DNA of 53,958 nt from Actinomycetota bacterium (GCA_011046085.1 DSBK01000015.1:1-53958), one strand, 5' to 3'; positions 15,916-26,708 are shown, numbered from the stretch's first letter. A program made the numbers and translations. The notes: generated from the sequence alone by a model not told the origin.

Positions 15916-16329
15916 CGGGAGTAAGGGCAAAGATGTACAGGTTAAGAGCTTAATTATTAAAGCTTATAGTTTTTAGCTAGGGGTTTGAGACTGATAGCTG
16001 GAGGCTGGTAGTTTACTAATCTGAAAGACCCACACCCTCACGACTAAAATTATTATATATTATTAAGATATGTTAAAAATTTCCCCCACCTTCTTATTAA
16101 TTAAAAGTACAGGATCAATCTCCACCTTTTGTTCTCAAAATAAATTAATGATATCTTTCAGTAACTGGCTATTTTGTTCTGACACGCAGCGCTTTATTTG
16201 TCAAAGACCTCCCGTTTTTATGTATTGCCACTTAAAGAAAGAACCTTAATTTTCTTATACGAGTCCTTCTTTTTGTTTTTTTGGAATCTGCAGCCAACAA
16301 ATTATTTATGAAATTTTATGGAAAAAAGT

Positions 16330-16357
16330 TAAAGTTTTTCTCTTTTTTTGCCGAAAA
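16330..16357 (+). promoter_or_regulatory. Sigma28/WhiG-like promoter upstream of mraZ
   Basis: TAAAGTTT...GCCGAAAA with TAAA-N16-GCCG spacing. Confidence 0.5.
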
Positions 16358-16366
16358 TATAACCAA

Positions 16367-16406
16367 AAGTGTTGCATAGTGGAACATAATGGAGTAGAGT
16401 GGAAAT
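16367..16406 (+). promoter_or_regulatory. MraZ-binding 10-bp-period repeats
   Basis: GTGT, GTGG, ATGG and GTGG at 16369, 16379, 16389 and 16399. Confidence 0.75.
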
Positions 16407-16432
16407 AAATCGAAATCAACTAGGGAGAAAAA

Positions 16433-16855
16433 GTGTTTTTAGGCGAGTTTTGTCATTTTTTAGATGAAAAGGGAAGACTAATATTACCATCCAAGTTCAG
16501 AGATGCTCTGGCCGACGGGGTAGTTATAACCGTTGGGATGGAAAAATGCTTATTTGTTATTCCAAAAACCGAGTGGCCCAGATGGGAAGATAAGATAAGA
16601 TCGCTTCCCTTAGCAAAGAAAGATGCTAGAAAATTTTCCCGTTTCTTTTTCGCAGGAGCAAGCGAAGAAGATATCACAAGGCAGGGAAGGATATTGATTC
16701 CTGGCAATCTTCGGGAATATGCCAACCTGAATAAAGAGGTCGTGATCGTTGGAGTTTCTGACAGATTGGAAATTTGGAGTAAAGAAAACTGGGAAGCTTA
16801 TCAAAAAGAAGCCGAAAGTTCTTATTCTGATATCGCAGAGGAACTTTTGATTTAA
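16433..16855 (+). CDS. mraZ: Division/cell wall cluster repressor MraZ
   Basis: LDEKGRLILP, QGRILIP and DRLEIW. Confidence 0.95.
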   Translation: MFLGEFCHFLDEKGRLILPSKFRDALADGVVITVGMEKCLFVIPKTEWPRWEDKIRSLPLAKKDARKFSRFFFAGASEEDITRQGRILIPGNLREYANLNKEVVIVGVSDRLEIWSKENWEAYQKEAESSYSDIAEELLI

Positions 16856-17033
16856 TCCATTGATAATCGAATATCGTTAAAAGGTTTGCTGGCTGGGGGC
16901 CGTTTTTTTAGCAGTGTGATCATGCACCTTGGGCGGGGCAACACAAAAATTGACAAGAATTTTTACAGAGCTTGTAGCTTGGTTTCAGCAAATGTCAAAA
17001 CAAAAGTCTCAGCCAGCAAAAGTAGGGTTTTAT

Positions 17034-17969
17034 ATGAAACAAGAACATATTCCAGTTTTGCTGGCTGAAGTTGTGAAGTATTTAAATCTGAAAAAAGGCA
17101 GCGTGATAATTGACTGCACCTTGGGCGGGGCAGGACACGCAAAAGCAATTTTGAGAGCAATTAAACCAAGCGGCTTTTTACTAGGGATCGATCAGGACGA
17201 AATGGCAATTAACAGGGCAAAAAAAGAACTATCAAGCTTCAGCCAGCAAATTAAATTAGTTAAAGACAGTTTTACAAACTTAGATGAAATTTTGATGCGA
17301 GATGGTTTTCAAAAGGTAGACGGCGTCTTATTTGATTTGGGTGTATCGTCATTTCAATTTGATTTTCCTGAAAGGGGTTTTAGTTATAGGTTCGATGCCC
17401 CTCTCGATATGAGAATGGATACGAGTCAGAAACTGACAGCTTGTGATGTGGTTAATACTTACTCGAAAGATGAATTGACCAGTTTAATTAGCCAATACGG
17501 GGAAGAGAAGTGGGCAAGCCGAATTGCTAGTTTTGTAGTAGAAACGAGGAGACGAAGAATGATTCAAACAACATTCGAGTTGGTGGATATCATAAAAGAG
17601 GCTATACCTGCAAGCGCGAGAAGAAAAGGAGGCCATCCTGCAAAAAGAACTTTTCAGGCAATAAGAATCGAAGTCAACGGGGAACTTGATTCACTAGAAA
17701 AAGGTTTAAGAAGCGCAATAAGATGGCTTAAAACAGGAGGGAGGCTGGTGGTTATTTCCTATCAATCGCTAGAGGACCGAATAGTAAAAAATATTTTTAA
17801 GGATTATTCGAAAGGTTGTATTTGTCCGCCGGAAATGCCAATTTGCGTTTGCGGCAGAAAGCCGATCACTAAAATATTAACCAAAAAACCAATAAAACCA
17901 AGCGAGGGGGAAAAGGAAAGAAACCCCAGATCTAAAAGTGCGAAATTAAGGGTTGCAGAAAAATCCTAA
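17034..17969 (+). CDS. rsmH: 16S rRNA m4C1402 methyltransferase
   Basis: HIPVLL, DCTLGGAGH, DLGVSS, LDMRMD and NPRSKSAKLR. Start set to ATG 17034. Confidence 0.95.
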   Translation: MKQEHIPVLLAEVVKYLNLKKGSVIIDCTLGGAGHAKAILRAIKPSGFLLGIDQDEMAINRAKKELSSFSQQIKLVKDSFTNLDEILMRDGFQKVDGVLFDLGVSSFQFDFPERGFSYRFDAPLDMRMDTSQKLTACDVVNTYSKDELTSLISQYGEEKWASRIASFVVETRRRRMIQTTFELVDIIKEAIPASARRKGGHPAKRTFQAIRIEVNGELDSLEKGLRSAIRWLKTGGRLVVISYQSLEDRIVKNIFKDYSKGCICPPEMPICVCGRKPITKILTKKPIKPSEGEKERNPRSKSAKLRVAEKS

Positions 17970-17992
17970 TTAAGCAAGGAGTGTAAAGAGCA

Positions 17993-18406
17993 ATGCAAAC
18001 AGCAAGGAAGCTGGCGTATAAACCAAAAAAGGAACAAGCAAAAGCAAATCTTAGACTAATAACCAACGACCGGAAAAGAGGTCTTTCTTTGAGTTTTTTG
18101 GTTCTAGTATTTGCTATTTTACCAACTTCGGTAATGTTTAATGCGACGCAACAAACTTTGGTGACCCAAGGTGCCATCGAAGTAGAAAATTTAAAAAATA
18201 TATTAGAGGAAGAGCAAACCTATAATCAGAAATTGATAGTTGAAGTTGCAAAACTCAAATCACCAGAAAGAATAGAAAAAATTGCACTCGGAAAAATTGG
18301 AATGATTTTACCGTCAAGCGTAAATTATTTAAAGATAATCGACAAAAAGATATCTGAGAGTAAGCTGGCGATGAAGAATAATGACGGCGGGAGCTTTCGA
18401 GATTAA
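17993..18406 (+). CDS. ftsL: Cell division protein FtsL
   Basis: Single TM helix, coiled coil, LKSPERIEKIA, and position between rsmH and ftsI. Confidence 0.8.
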   Translation: MQTARKLAYKPKKEQAKANLRLITNDRKRGLSLSFLVLVFAILPTSVMFNATQQTLVTQGAIEVENLKNILEEEQTYNQKLIVEVAKLKSPERIEKIALGKIGMILPSSVNYLKIIDKKISESKLAMKNNDGGSFRD

Positions 18407-18463
18407 ATAGCTTTTGTGTTGGGCCATTCGAAGAACGGAAGTTTAAGAATAAGGAGGAGTTTG

Positions 18464-20164
18464 ATGTCTGCTAAGTCTCGGAAGTGGGGCGATGCAAGAC
18501 TTTTTTTTATAATCTTCGCATTTTTATTAGGATTCCTCGTGATTGTAGCAAGATTAATAAATATTCAAATTGTTAAAGCGAAAGAATATGAATCATTGGC
18601 CAAAAAACAGCGCATAAGATCGATTGAGATTGCGCCAAGACGCGGAAATGTTTACGACCGAAATGACGACATACTAGCTACGAGCATTGACACCACTACC
18701 GTATATGCAAATCCGTATTTTATTAAAGACGCTGAAAGTGTTGCTGCTCAAATTTCTCAGATTTTAGGAATAGAGAAAAAAATTATTTTAGATAAACTTA
18801 ACAAGGACTGTGGTTTTGTTTATCTTGCCCGCAAAATTGGACAATCTGAATCAGAACGAATAAAAGCATTGCAGATTGAAGGGGTCTATTTTTTAAGAGA
18901 GAGCAAAAGATGTTATCCGTGCGATGAGCTTGGTTCTCATGTTATTGGATTTGTTGGAGTGGACAATGAAGGGCTCACTGGGCTGGAGATGTTTTATGAT
19001 GATATTTTAAAAGGGTTGTCGGGGCACCTTCTTGTTGAAAAAGACCCGAAAGGCAGATCGATATCTACTGGTGTTTATGAACTTTCTCCTTCTACGGAAG
19101 GGAAGAATATTTATTTAACAATAGATAAAGATATTCAGTTTAAAGCTCAAGCTGAGCTTAATGGTTGTGTAGAGGAATACGGGGCAAAGTCGGGAAACGC
19201 AATTGTAATAAAACCCAAAACGGGCGAAATACTGGCAATGGCCAGCTATCCTTCCTTCAACTTAAATGAGTATGGCGAAGTAAACTCATCTTCTTTTCGC
19301 AACAGGGCGGTAACGGATTCTTTTGAACCCGGTTCAACGATAAAGATGATAATAGGAGCTGCTGCATTAGAAGAAAGGATCTATAAACCGTCGGATGTTT
19401 TTAGGTTGCCCAGTTCTATTAAGATTGCGGACAGGTTGATAAGTGAATCTCACGCAAGACAAACTGAGGATTTTACTTTAACGAGGATTATTGCAGAATC
19501 CAGCAATGTTGGTATTGTTAAAATAGGACAAAAATTAGGGAAAGAAAAAATTTGTGATTATCTTTCCTTGTTTGGTTTTGGTCAAAAAACAGGAATTGAT
19601 TTTCCTGGTGAGGCTATAGGGTATGTGCCACCTTCTGAGCAGTGGTCCGGTTCAACCATTGGAAATATCCCATTTGGTCAAGGGATGTCTGCAACAAGCT
19701 TGCAAGTTCTTCAATCCTTTGCAATTATTGCAAATGATGGATTGCAGGTGAAACCTTGTCTATTAAAGAAGATTACTGATTTGAATGGAAAAACGATTAA
19801 AGAGGTTATGCCTGCGCAGGGCAAGAAAATATTATCATCTAGCACAGCGCAACAAATGAAGGAAATTTTAGAAAAAGTAACGACCGATGGAACGGGAAAA
19901 AATGCACAAATAGCCGGTTATAGAGTTGCGGGTAAAACAGGGACCGCGCAAAAGCCCGGTGAAAACCGAAAGGGTTACGAAAAAGGTAAATATGTAGCTT
20001 CTTTTGTCGGATTTGCGCCCATAGAGGAACCTCAGTTGGCAATTATTATAGTTATTGATGAACCTAAGGGTAATATTTACGGCGGCTCTATAGCTGCCCC
20101 AGTATTTAAAAATTTGACCGAATTTAGTTTACGACATTTAAAGATCAATCCTGATAAAGATTAA
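18464..20164 (+). CDS. ftsI: Class B penicillin-binding protein FtsI/PBP2
   Basis: RGNVYDRN, EPGSTIK (SxxK), SSN and KTGT. Start after AGGAGG. Confidence 0.93.
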   Translation: MSAKSRKWGDARLFFIIFAFLLGFLVIVARLINIQIVKAKEYESLAKKQRIRSIEIAPRRGNVYDRNDDILATSIDTTTVYANPYFIKDAESVAAQISQILGIEKKIILDKLNKDCGFVYLARKIGQSESERIKALQIEGVYFLRESKRCYPCDELGSHVIGFVGVDNEGLTGLEMFYDDILKGLSGHLLVEKDPKGRSISTGVYELSPSTEGKNIYLTIDKDIQFKAQAELNGCVEEYGAKSGNAIVIKPKTGEILAMASYPSFNLNEYGEVNSSSFRNRAVTDSFEPGSTIKMIIGAAALEERIYKPSDVFRLPSSIKIADRLISESHARQTEDFTLTRIIAESSNVGIVKIGQKLGKEKICDYLSLFGFGQKTGIDFPGEAIGYVPPSEQWSGSTIGNIPFGQGMSATSLQVLQSFAIIANDGLQVKPCLLKKITDLNGKTIKEVMPAQGKKILSSSTAQQMKEILEKVTTDGTGKNAQIAGYRVAGKTGTAQKPGENRKGYEKGKYVASFVGFAPIEEPQLAIIIVIDEPKGNIYGGSIAAPVFKNLTEFSLRHLKINPDKD

Positions 20165-20225
20165 ATTTTATTCTTGTTCGATTGTTTGGATGAGCTGTGA
20201 TAAAATATTTCACAATGTGGTGAGG

Positions 20226-21692
20226 ATGTTGTTGGAGTTTGATAAATTTGTCTCTCTTCTTGACCCAAAGAGATTAGAAGGGGAACTAAATGTAGATATC
20301 GAAGATATTATATATGACTCGCGGAAAGCAAAACCGGGGAGTCTTTTTGTATGCATAAAAGGTTTTAAAACCGACGGACATATGTATATTAAGGATGCAA
20401 TTAAGTCGGGTGTTTCTGCAATTGTAACCGAGCGATGGTTAGAGGATTTTGGTTCAATAGCACAATGTCAAGTTGAGGATTCAAGAAATGCGCTTGCAAT
20501 TTTATCAAAATTTCTATTTAAAGATCCCACGTCAAAAATACAGTTGGTCGGAATTACGGGCACAAATGGTAAAACTACTACTAGTTATTTGGTGGATAGT
20601 ATATTTAGAAACGCGGGAAGAAAAACTGGCTTAATTGGAACAGTGGAACATAAGGTTGGCGATAGGGTTTTCCCTGTAGAAAGAACCACGCCAGAATCGT
20701 ACGATTTACAAAAAATATTTAAAAAAATGGTTGAAAGTGGTGTAACACATGCGGTAATGGAAGCATCTTCTCACGCTATAGATTTACACCGTGTGGACGG
20801 ATGCTCTTTTAACGTCTTGGTTTTTACCAATTTAAGCCAGGATCATCTTGATTACCACAAAAGTATGAGAAAATATTTTTTAACAAAGAAGAAAATCTTT
20901 GATGATTATAAGAAGACTGCAAAGGTTATAAATATTGATGACTCTTACGGAAAAGAAATTGCTTCTAATAGCGCCAATGTAATCAGTTATGGATTGAGTA
21001 AGACAGCCATGGTAAGGGCTGAAGAAATCCAATTACACAAAAAGGGGTCAAAATTCAAGATATTAACCTCAACCTCAGATATAGACTTGTCCATAAATCT
21101 TAAAGGACTTTTTAATGTGTATAATTCTTTGGCTGCAGCGGGGGTTGGGCTTGCTTTGGGTTTTTCCAATGAAGATATTAAAAGTGGCATCGAAGCCGTT
21201 TTAAATATTTCGGGAAGGTTTGAAACGGTAGATTGTGGGCAAGATTTTAGTGTTTTTGTCGATTATGCGCACACTCCCGATGGGCTAGAGAAATTAATTA
21301 AAGCCGCAAGAGAGATAACGGAAGGAAGGGTTATTACGGTGTTTGGTTGTGGTGGTGATAGGGATAAAAAGAAAAGATCTTTGATGGGTAAAATTGCGGG
21401 GGAATTGAGCGATTATTTGATAATAACATCAGATAATCCTCGAAGTGAAGAGCCATTGGCAATAATAGAAGAGATAGAACGGGGATTAGGAAAGGCGCCC
21501 TTCGTTAAATACAAGAGAATTATTGATAGAAAAGAAGCCATTTATTATGCGCTTTCCCTTGCGGAATCCGGTGATTCCGTGTTGGTGGCGGGCAAAGGAC
21601 ATGAATCGGGTCAGGTTTTTAAAGATAAAGTTGTTCCCTTTGATGATCGTGCAGTTGTAAGAGAAGCGTTATTGGAGATGGATTTATGTTAG
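20226..21692 (+). CDS. murE: UDP-MurNAc-tripeptide synthetase (meso-DAP type)
   Basis: GITGTNGKTT, DYAHTPD and DNPR. Start uncertain (20190-20232). Confidence 0.95.
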   Translation: MLLEFDKFVSLLDPKRLEGELNVDIEDIIYDSRKAKPGSLFVCIKGFKTDGHMYIKDAIKSGVSAIVTERWLEDFGSIAQCQVEDSRNALAILSKFLFKDPTSKIQLVGITGTNGKTTTSYLVDSIFRNAGRKTGLIGTVEHKVGDRVFPVERTTPESYDLQKIFKKMVESGVTHAVMEASSHAIDLHRVDGCSFNVLVFTNLSQDHLDYHKSMRKYFLTKKKIFDDYKKTAKVINIDDSYGKEIASNSANVISYGLSKTAMVRAEEIQLHKKGSKFKILTSTSDIDLSINLKGLFNVYNSLAAAGVGLALGFSNEDIKSGIEAVLNISGRFETVDCGQDFSVFVDYAHTPDGLEKLIKAAREITEGRVITVFGCGGDRDKKKRSLMGKIAGELSDYLIITSDNPRSEEPLAIIEEIERGLGKAPFVKYKRIIDRKEAIYYALSLAESGDSVLVAGKGHESGQVFKDKVVPFDDRAVVREALLEMDLC

Positions 21693-23086
21693 AAATAAGG
21701 ATTTCTGAATTGTTGTCAATATTGCCAAAAGGAAAGCTTATTAGGGGATCTGGGCATGATTTGATATTCTCAGTTTGTACGGATACTCGTATTTTAAAAA
21801 AAGATGATTTTTTTGTTCCTCTTAAAGGCGAATATTTCGATGGTCATAAGTTTATCAACGAAGCAATTAAAGGGGGCGCATCCGGTTTTTTTACCGAATG
21901 TTGGAACGATGAAATTGAATCCGAAGTTGGATATTTAGCAGAAAATCTTATAGTTATAAAAGTAGATAATAGTCTTAAGGCGTTGCAATCTATGGCAAGC
22001 GTGGTTCGCAAAAAGTTAAATGCCAAGGTTGTGGGCATAACAGGAAGCACAGGAAAGACAACGACAAAAGATATGCTAAGGAGCATCTTGGAAAGAAAAA
22101 CCACTTTAGTTTCTACTGAAAAGAGTTATAACAATGAAATAGGAGTTCCCTTAACCATTTTAAAGGCGGATTTGGATACCAATATTATGGTTTTAGAGAT
22201 GGGAATGAGGGGAAGGGGCCAGATTGCCGAGCTTTGTGAAATTGCTAAACCAAATATTGCGCTTATAACAAATATTGGAAAGACTCATTTTGAATTACTT
22301 CGTTCGGAGAAAGCGATTGCAGAGACAAAAGCTGAACTCATTGAATCTATCACGGATGACGGTGTAGTGATATTAAATCAAGACGACAACTGGACCGACA
22401 GGTTCAAAAAAATGACATTAGCTAAAGTCGTAACGTATGGTTTATCTGAAAAAGCTGATATGAGGGCGGAAAATATTAATGTAAAGAGAAGCGGGTGTCC
22501 TTCTTTTAAAATCACAAACAAAGATGACGTGATTTTTGTAACGCTTCCATTGCCCGGAAAACATAACATTTACAATGCTTTGGCCGCCGCTTCTGCTGCG
22601 ATTGAAGTTGGGTTATCATTAAACGATGTGAAAATGGGTCTTGAAAAATGTAGTATTTCCGAGATGCGAATGCAGGTTATTGTGAACTCTAAAGAGGTTA
22701 TGATCATAAACGATGCGTACAATGCCAATCCTGACTCAATGCGCGCATCGCTTGAATCATTAAAAGATATTAAGAATGGGAGCAGAAAAATAGCAATTCT
22801 TGGTGACATGTCCGAGCTTGGAGAGCTTTCTGTGAGTTTGCATGAAACCGTTGGCGCTCTTGTTAAAGAAAATGAGGTAGATTTACTATTTGTTGTGGGA
22901 ACAAAAGCGAAGCAAATTGCCAAGGGAGCAATTCGAGCCGGAATGGATGAAAGCAATATTTTTATCTATAACGAGTTCGGAGGCGTTGAGCAAAAAATAA
23001 AAGAGACCATAAGGTCAGGGGATATTGTTTTGGTTAAAGCATCCAGGGTTATGGCGTTGGAGAAATTGGTGGAGTCAATTAAATGA
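21686..23086 (+). CDS. murF: UDP-MurNAc-tripeptide-D-Ala-D-Ala ligase
   Basis: GITGSTGKTTTK, NNEIGVP, DAYNANP and LVKASR. Confidence 0.95.
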   Translation: MLEIRISELLSILPKGKLIRGSGHDLIFSVCTDTRILKKDDFFVPLKGEYFDGHKFINEAIKGGASGFFTECWNDEIESEVGYLAENLIVIKVDNSLKALQSMASVVRKKLNAKVVGITGSTGKTTTKDMLRSILERKTTLVSTEKSYNNEIGVPLTILKADLDTNIMVLEMGMRGRGQIAELCEIAKPNIALITNIGKTHFELLRSEKAIAETKAELIESITDDGVVILNQDDNWTDRFKKMTLAKVVTYGLSEKADMRAENINVKRSGCPSFKITNKDDVIFVTLPLPGKHNIYNALAAASAAIEVGLSLNDVKMGLEKCSISEMRMQVIVNSKEVMIINDAYNANPDSMRASLESLKDIKNGSRKIAILGDMSELGELSVSLHETVGALVKENEVDLLFVVGTKAKQIAKGAIRAGMDESNIFIYNEFGGVEQKIKETIRSGDIVLVKASRVMALEKLVESIK

Positions 23087-23093
23087 GGATAAA

Positions 23094-24155
23094 ATGTTAG
23101 TTCGAATATTTTCAAGCATATTTAATATTGAACGGTTTCCAACATATCAGGTTTTTATCACTGTTGTTTTGGCTTTAATTGTTGCTGGAGTACTGACGCC
23201 TTTATGGATAAAGCTTTCTAAATCCAGGAATCTAGGACAGGTGATAAGGGTCGATGGTCCTCAGCAGCACTTGGTTAAACATGGGACGCCAACAATGGGC
23301 GGTCTGGTCATATTGTTGAGCGTGATAATTTCGTTTTTTACTATTTCTGACATAAAATGCTTCAGCGCCATCGCCATCTTTCTGATGTTTTCTTGCGGCT
23401 TGTTAGGTTTCTTTGACGATTATTTAAAAGTGATAAAAGAAAGATCCCTTGGGATAAGAGCAAGAACCAAACTTATTTGCGAGCTTTTAATTGCCTTTGC
23501 GTTCGGACTGCTTGCAGTAAACTGGGTTGGGATTTCAATAAATGTTAACTTGCCTCTTACGGGGGTGGTAATTTCTTTGAGCCGTCCTTCTTCCGTTATC
23601 AATTTTGGAGGGACCAACGTTATTATTCCGTGGCTTTACCTTATATTTTTATTTCTATTGATAGCTGGGACCACCAACACGGTTAATTTAACCGATGGAC
23701 TCGACGGACTAGCCGCTGGAACCATAGCTATAGTTATGTTGGCCTATGCTGGTATCGTTTTTCGACAAGATCACCTGGATCTAGCCATTCTTTGCGCGGC
23801 GGTTGGCGGCGCATGCATTGGATTTCTTTGGTATAATTCTCACCCTGCGGACATTTTTATGGGAGACACGGGTTCCCTTGGTCTGGGAGGAGCAATTGCC
23901 GCAATGGCGGTTTTAACTAAGACTGAATTGTTGTTGATCTTGATGGGAGGAATTTATGTTATTGAAGGATTATCGGTTATAGCTCAGGTTATTTGGTTTC
24001 GTTGTTTCGGAAAACGAATATTAAAGATGGCTCCCATTCATCATCACTTTGAGATGTTGGGCTGGTCCGAAACGAAGATTATGATAAGGTTTTGGATTGT
24101 AACAGGAATTTTAGCAGGGGCCGGATTTTCCTTCTACTTTATGACAGCGACGTAA
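23094..24155 (+). CDS. mraY: Phospho-MurNAc-pentapeptide transferase
   Basis: GTPTMGG, NLTDGLDGLA, FMGDTGS and APIHHHFE. Confidence 0.95.
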   Translation: MLVRIFSSIFNIERFPTYQVFITVVLALIVAGVLTPLWIKLSKSRNLGQVIRVDGPQQHLVKHGTPTMGGLVILLSVIISFFTISDIKCFSAIAIFLMFSCGLLGFFDDYLKVIKERSLGIRARTKLICELLIAFAFGLLAVNWVGISINVNLPLTGVVISLSRPSSVINFGGTNVIIPWLYLIFLFLLIAGTTNTVNLTDGLDGLAAGTIAIVMLAYAGIVFRQDHLDLAILCAAVGGACIGFLWYNSHPADIFMGDTGSLGLGGAIAAMAVLTKTELLLILMGGIYVIEGLSVIAQVIWFRCFGKRILKMAPIHHHFEMLGWSETKIMIRFWIVTGILAGAGFSFYFMTAT

Positions 24156-24214
24156 CATAGACGTCATAATTTATATCTGATTGAAATTAGTTTTTCTTTG
24201 AAGGTGAAAGCTTT

Positions 24215-25597
24215 ATGAATTTTAAAGGTAAAAAAGTTTTGGTTTTAGGAATGGCAAAAAGTGGTATGGCCGCAGCAAAAAAATTAAAATCTCTAGGTGA
24301 AGAAGTTTATATAATAGATATTGCTAAAAACTCATCATTGCACTCAAGGGCGCTTGAACTTAACAAAGAAGGTATTTTAGCTCATATTGGCTCACAGTCT
24401 CTAAGTTATGCGGAAGGCAAAGAACTTATTATCATTAGCCCCGGTGTTCCTGGTGACATTCCTTTAATAAAAAGAGCTAAAGAAATGGGAATTCCCGTGT
24501 GGAGCGAGATTGAGCTTGCATATCAACTTGCAGGTTCAAATCCTTTTATTGTGGGAATTACTGGGACCAATGGCAAGACCACTACCACTACTTTGATTGG
24601 GGAGATGTATAAAAAATCTTTTCCCACCATAATTGCTGGAAATATTGGTAATCCACTTGTAGAGAATCTCGAGGCCATATCTTCGGATACTAAGTTTGTT
24701 GTAGAGCTAAGCAGCTTTCAACTTGAAAACATTGTTGAATTTAGACCTCGGATAAGCGTTCTTTTAAATATTACCGACGATCACCTAGATCGTTATATTG
24801 ATATTGCTGATTACACTCAGGCAAAGGCGAGGTTGTTCGAGAATCAGTCAAAGGACGATTATGCGATTTTAAACTTCGATGATCCGCTGGTTTGGAAGCT
24901 TGCTAGTTCGGTAAACGCAAAAATTATTCCTTTTAGCAAAATAAAGGAACTCAACGAGGGGATTTTTGTTAAATCGGGAAAAGTTTATTTTAGATATGGC
25001 GGAGCCAGCGAAGAAGTTTTTCTGGTTGATGAGCTAAGGATAAAGGGTGAACACAATTTGGATAACGCAATGGCTTCTGCGGCGGCTGCGTTGGTCGGCG
25101 GGGTTCCGATAAGTTTTGTGCGGAATGTTCTTTTAAATTTTAAAGGGTTAAAACATAGAGTTGAATATGTGGGAACCGTGGATGGAGTTGAGTTTTATAA
25201 TGACTCTAAAGCCACCAATCCCGATGCGGTAATCAAGGCATTAACGGCGTTTAGCAGTCCCGTAATTTTGCTAGTAGGCGGTAGGAACAAAAAAAATAGC
25301 TTTCAAGGTGTTGCCAAAGCATCTAAAGGGAAGGTGAGGGCCCTGATTGTTTTCGGTGAAGCGGCAAGTGAAATTAAATTAGCTTTTTGCGGTTTGAATA
25401 TAACTATTGAGGAAACGGAGTCTTTGATTGAGGCCACAAAGAGGGCTGCTGGAATATCGAAAAACGGAGATGTTGTTCTTCTTTCTCCCGCTTGTGCCAG
25501 TTTTGATATGTTTTCTGATTACAAGGAAAGAGGAGAGGTTTTTAGAAAAGCGGTTTTGAGCTTAAGGGAAGATTTTTATGGCTTACAGAAGAGTTAA
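24215..25597 (+). CDS. murD: UDP-MurNAc-L-Ala-D-Glu ligase
   Basis: ISPGVP, GTNGKTTTT, NDSKATN and LSPACASFD. Confidence 0.95.
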   Translation: MNFKGKKVLVLGMAKSGMAAAKKLKSLGEEVYIIDIAKNSSLHSRALELNKEGILAHIGSQSLSYAEGKELIIISPGVPGDIPLIKRAKEMGIPVWSEIELAYQLAGSNPFIVGITGTNGKTTTTTLIGEMYKKSFPTIIAGNIGNPLVENLEAISSDTKFVVELSSFQLENIVEFRPRISVLLNITDDHLDRYIDIADYTQAKARLFENQSKDDYAILNFDDPLVWKLASSVNAKIIPFSKIKELNEGIFVKSGKVYFRYGGASEEVFLVDELRIKGEHNLDNAMASAAAALVGGVPISFVRNVLLNFKGLKHRVEYVGTVDGVEFYNDSKATNPDAVIKALTAFSSPVILLVGGRNKKNSFQGVAKASKGKVRALIVFGEAASEIKLAFCGLNITIEETESLIEATKRAAGISKNGDVVLLSPACASFDMFSDYKERGEVFRKAVLSLREDFYGLQKS

Positions 25598-26705
25598 TCT
25601 GAGGTTGGCATGGATTTTTTTGGGTGTTACTTCGATCCTTCTTTTTATCGGGGCTGTTATGGTTTTAAATGCAAGTTCCGTAATGGCTTTTTCTGAGCAC
25701 GGTGATAGTTACTACTATTTTAAAAGACAACTTTTATTCATTTTAATAGGTCTTGCGGCAATGATTTTTTTTGCGGGCATAGACTATCGGTTCTTAAGGA
25801 AGTTTTCTTTGGTCGGTATTGGTTTAAGTATTATTGTTCTTATTATGGTATTTATTCCAGGATTAGGGCATACGGCTGGGGGTGCCTCAAGATGGATTTC
25901 CATGGGCGATTTTTCTTTTCAACCCTCGGAGCTTGCTAAGTTCGTTGTTGTTTTATATGTAGCCGATATTCTATCCAAAAAACGCGGTAAAATTACAAAA
26001 TTTTCAGATCTGCTTATTCCTCTTGCTTTGGTGGTGGGGCCGATTTTGGCTTTAATACTATTTCAACCACATCTGGGAGCTGTTTTGATTATTTGCTCGG
26101 CTGTTTTTTTTCTTATATTTTTATATGGCGCAAGATTAATTCATTTGTTAGGGTTGGGTATAACCGGCTTAATTTTAATTTTTATATTTATCTATATTGA
26201 GCCATATCGACTAAGACGGTTTACTGCTTTTTTAAATCCCTGGAAAGACCCACGAAAGACAGGTTTTCACATAATTCAATCGTTGCTTGCGTTTGGCTCC
26301 GGCGGTTTAGCAGGTATAGGCTTGGGAATGAGTAGACAAAAATTTCTTTATCTCCCCGAAGCTCACACTGATTTTATATTAGCTATTATTGGCGAGGAGT
26401 TTGGTTTGGCAGGTACTCTTTTGGTGGTTTTTTTGTTTATGACACTAATTGTTGTTGGTATGATAATATCTCTTAAGTCTAAAGATAATTTCGGAAAACT
26501 GTTAGGATGCGGGATGATTTGCCTGATTGCTACTCAAGCATTGGTTAACATGGGGGGGGTTACGGGTGTTTTGCCAACTACGGGTGTGCCCCTTCCTTTT
26601 TTAAGTTATGGAGGCTCATCTCTTTTGTTTAATTTGTGCAGTGTCGGTGTTTTGTTAAGTATCGCAAATTCACGAAAGACAAAATCAACTCGTAGAGGAG
26701 AATGA
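25578..26705 (+). CDS. ftsW: SEDS peptidoglycan glycosyltransferase FtsW
   Basis: FQPSELAK, LPEAHTDFI and PFLSYGGSS. Confidence 0.95.
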   Translation: MAYRRVNLRLAWIFLGVTSILLFIGAVMVLNASSVMAFSEHGDSYYYFKRQLLFILIGLAAMIFFAGIDYRFLRKFSLVGIGLSIIVLIMVFIPGLGHTAGGASRWISMGDFSFQPSELAKFVVVLYVADILSKKRGKITKFSDLLIPLALVVGPILALILFQPHLGAVLIICSAVFFLIFLYGARLIHLLGLGITGLILIFIFIYIEPYRLRRFTAFLNPWKDPRKTGFHIIQSLLAFGSGGLAGIGLGMSRQKFLYLPEAHTDFILAIIGEEFGLAGTLLVVFLFMTLIVVGMIISLKSKDNFGKLLGCGMICLIATQALVNMGGVTGVLPTTGVPLPFLSYGGSSLLFNLCSVGVLLSIANSRKTKSTRRGE

Positions 26706-26708
26706 CAA

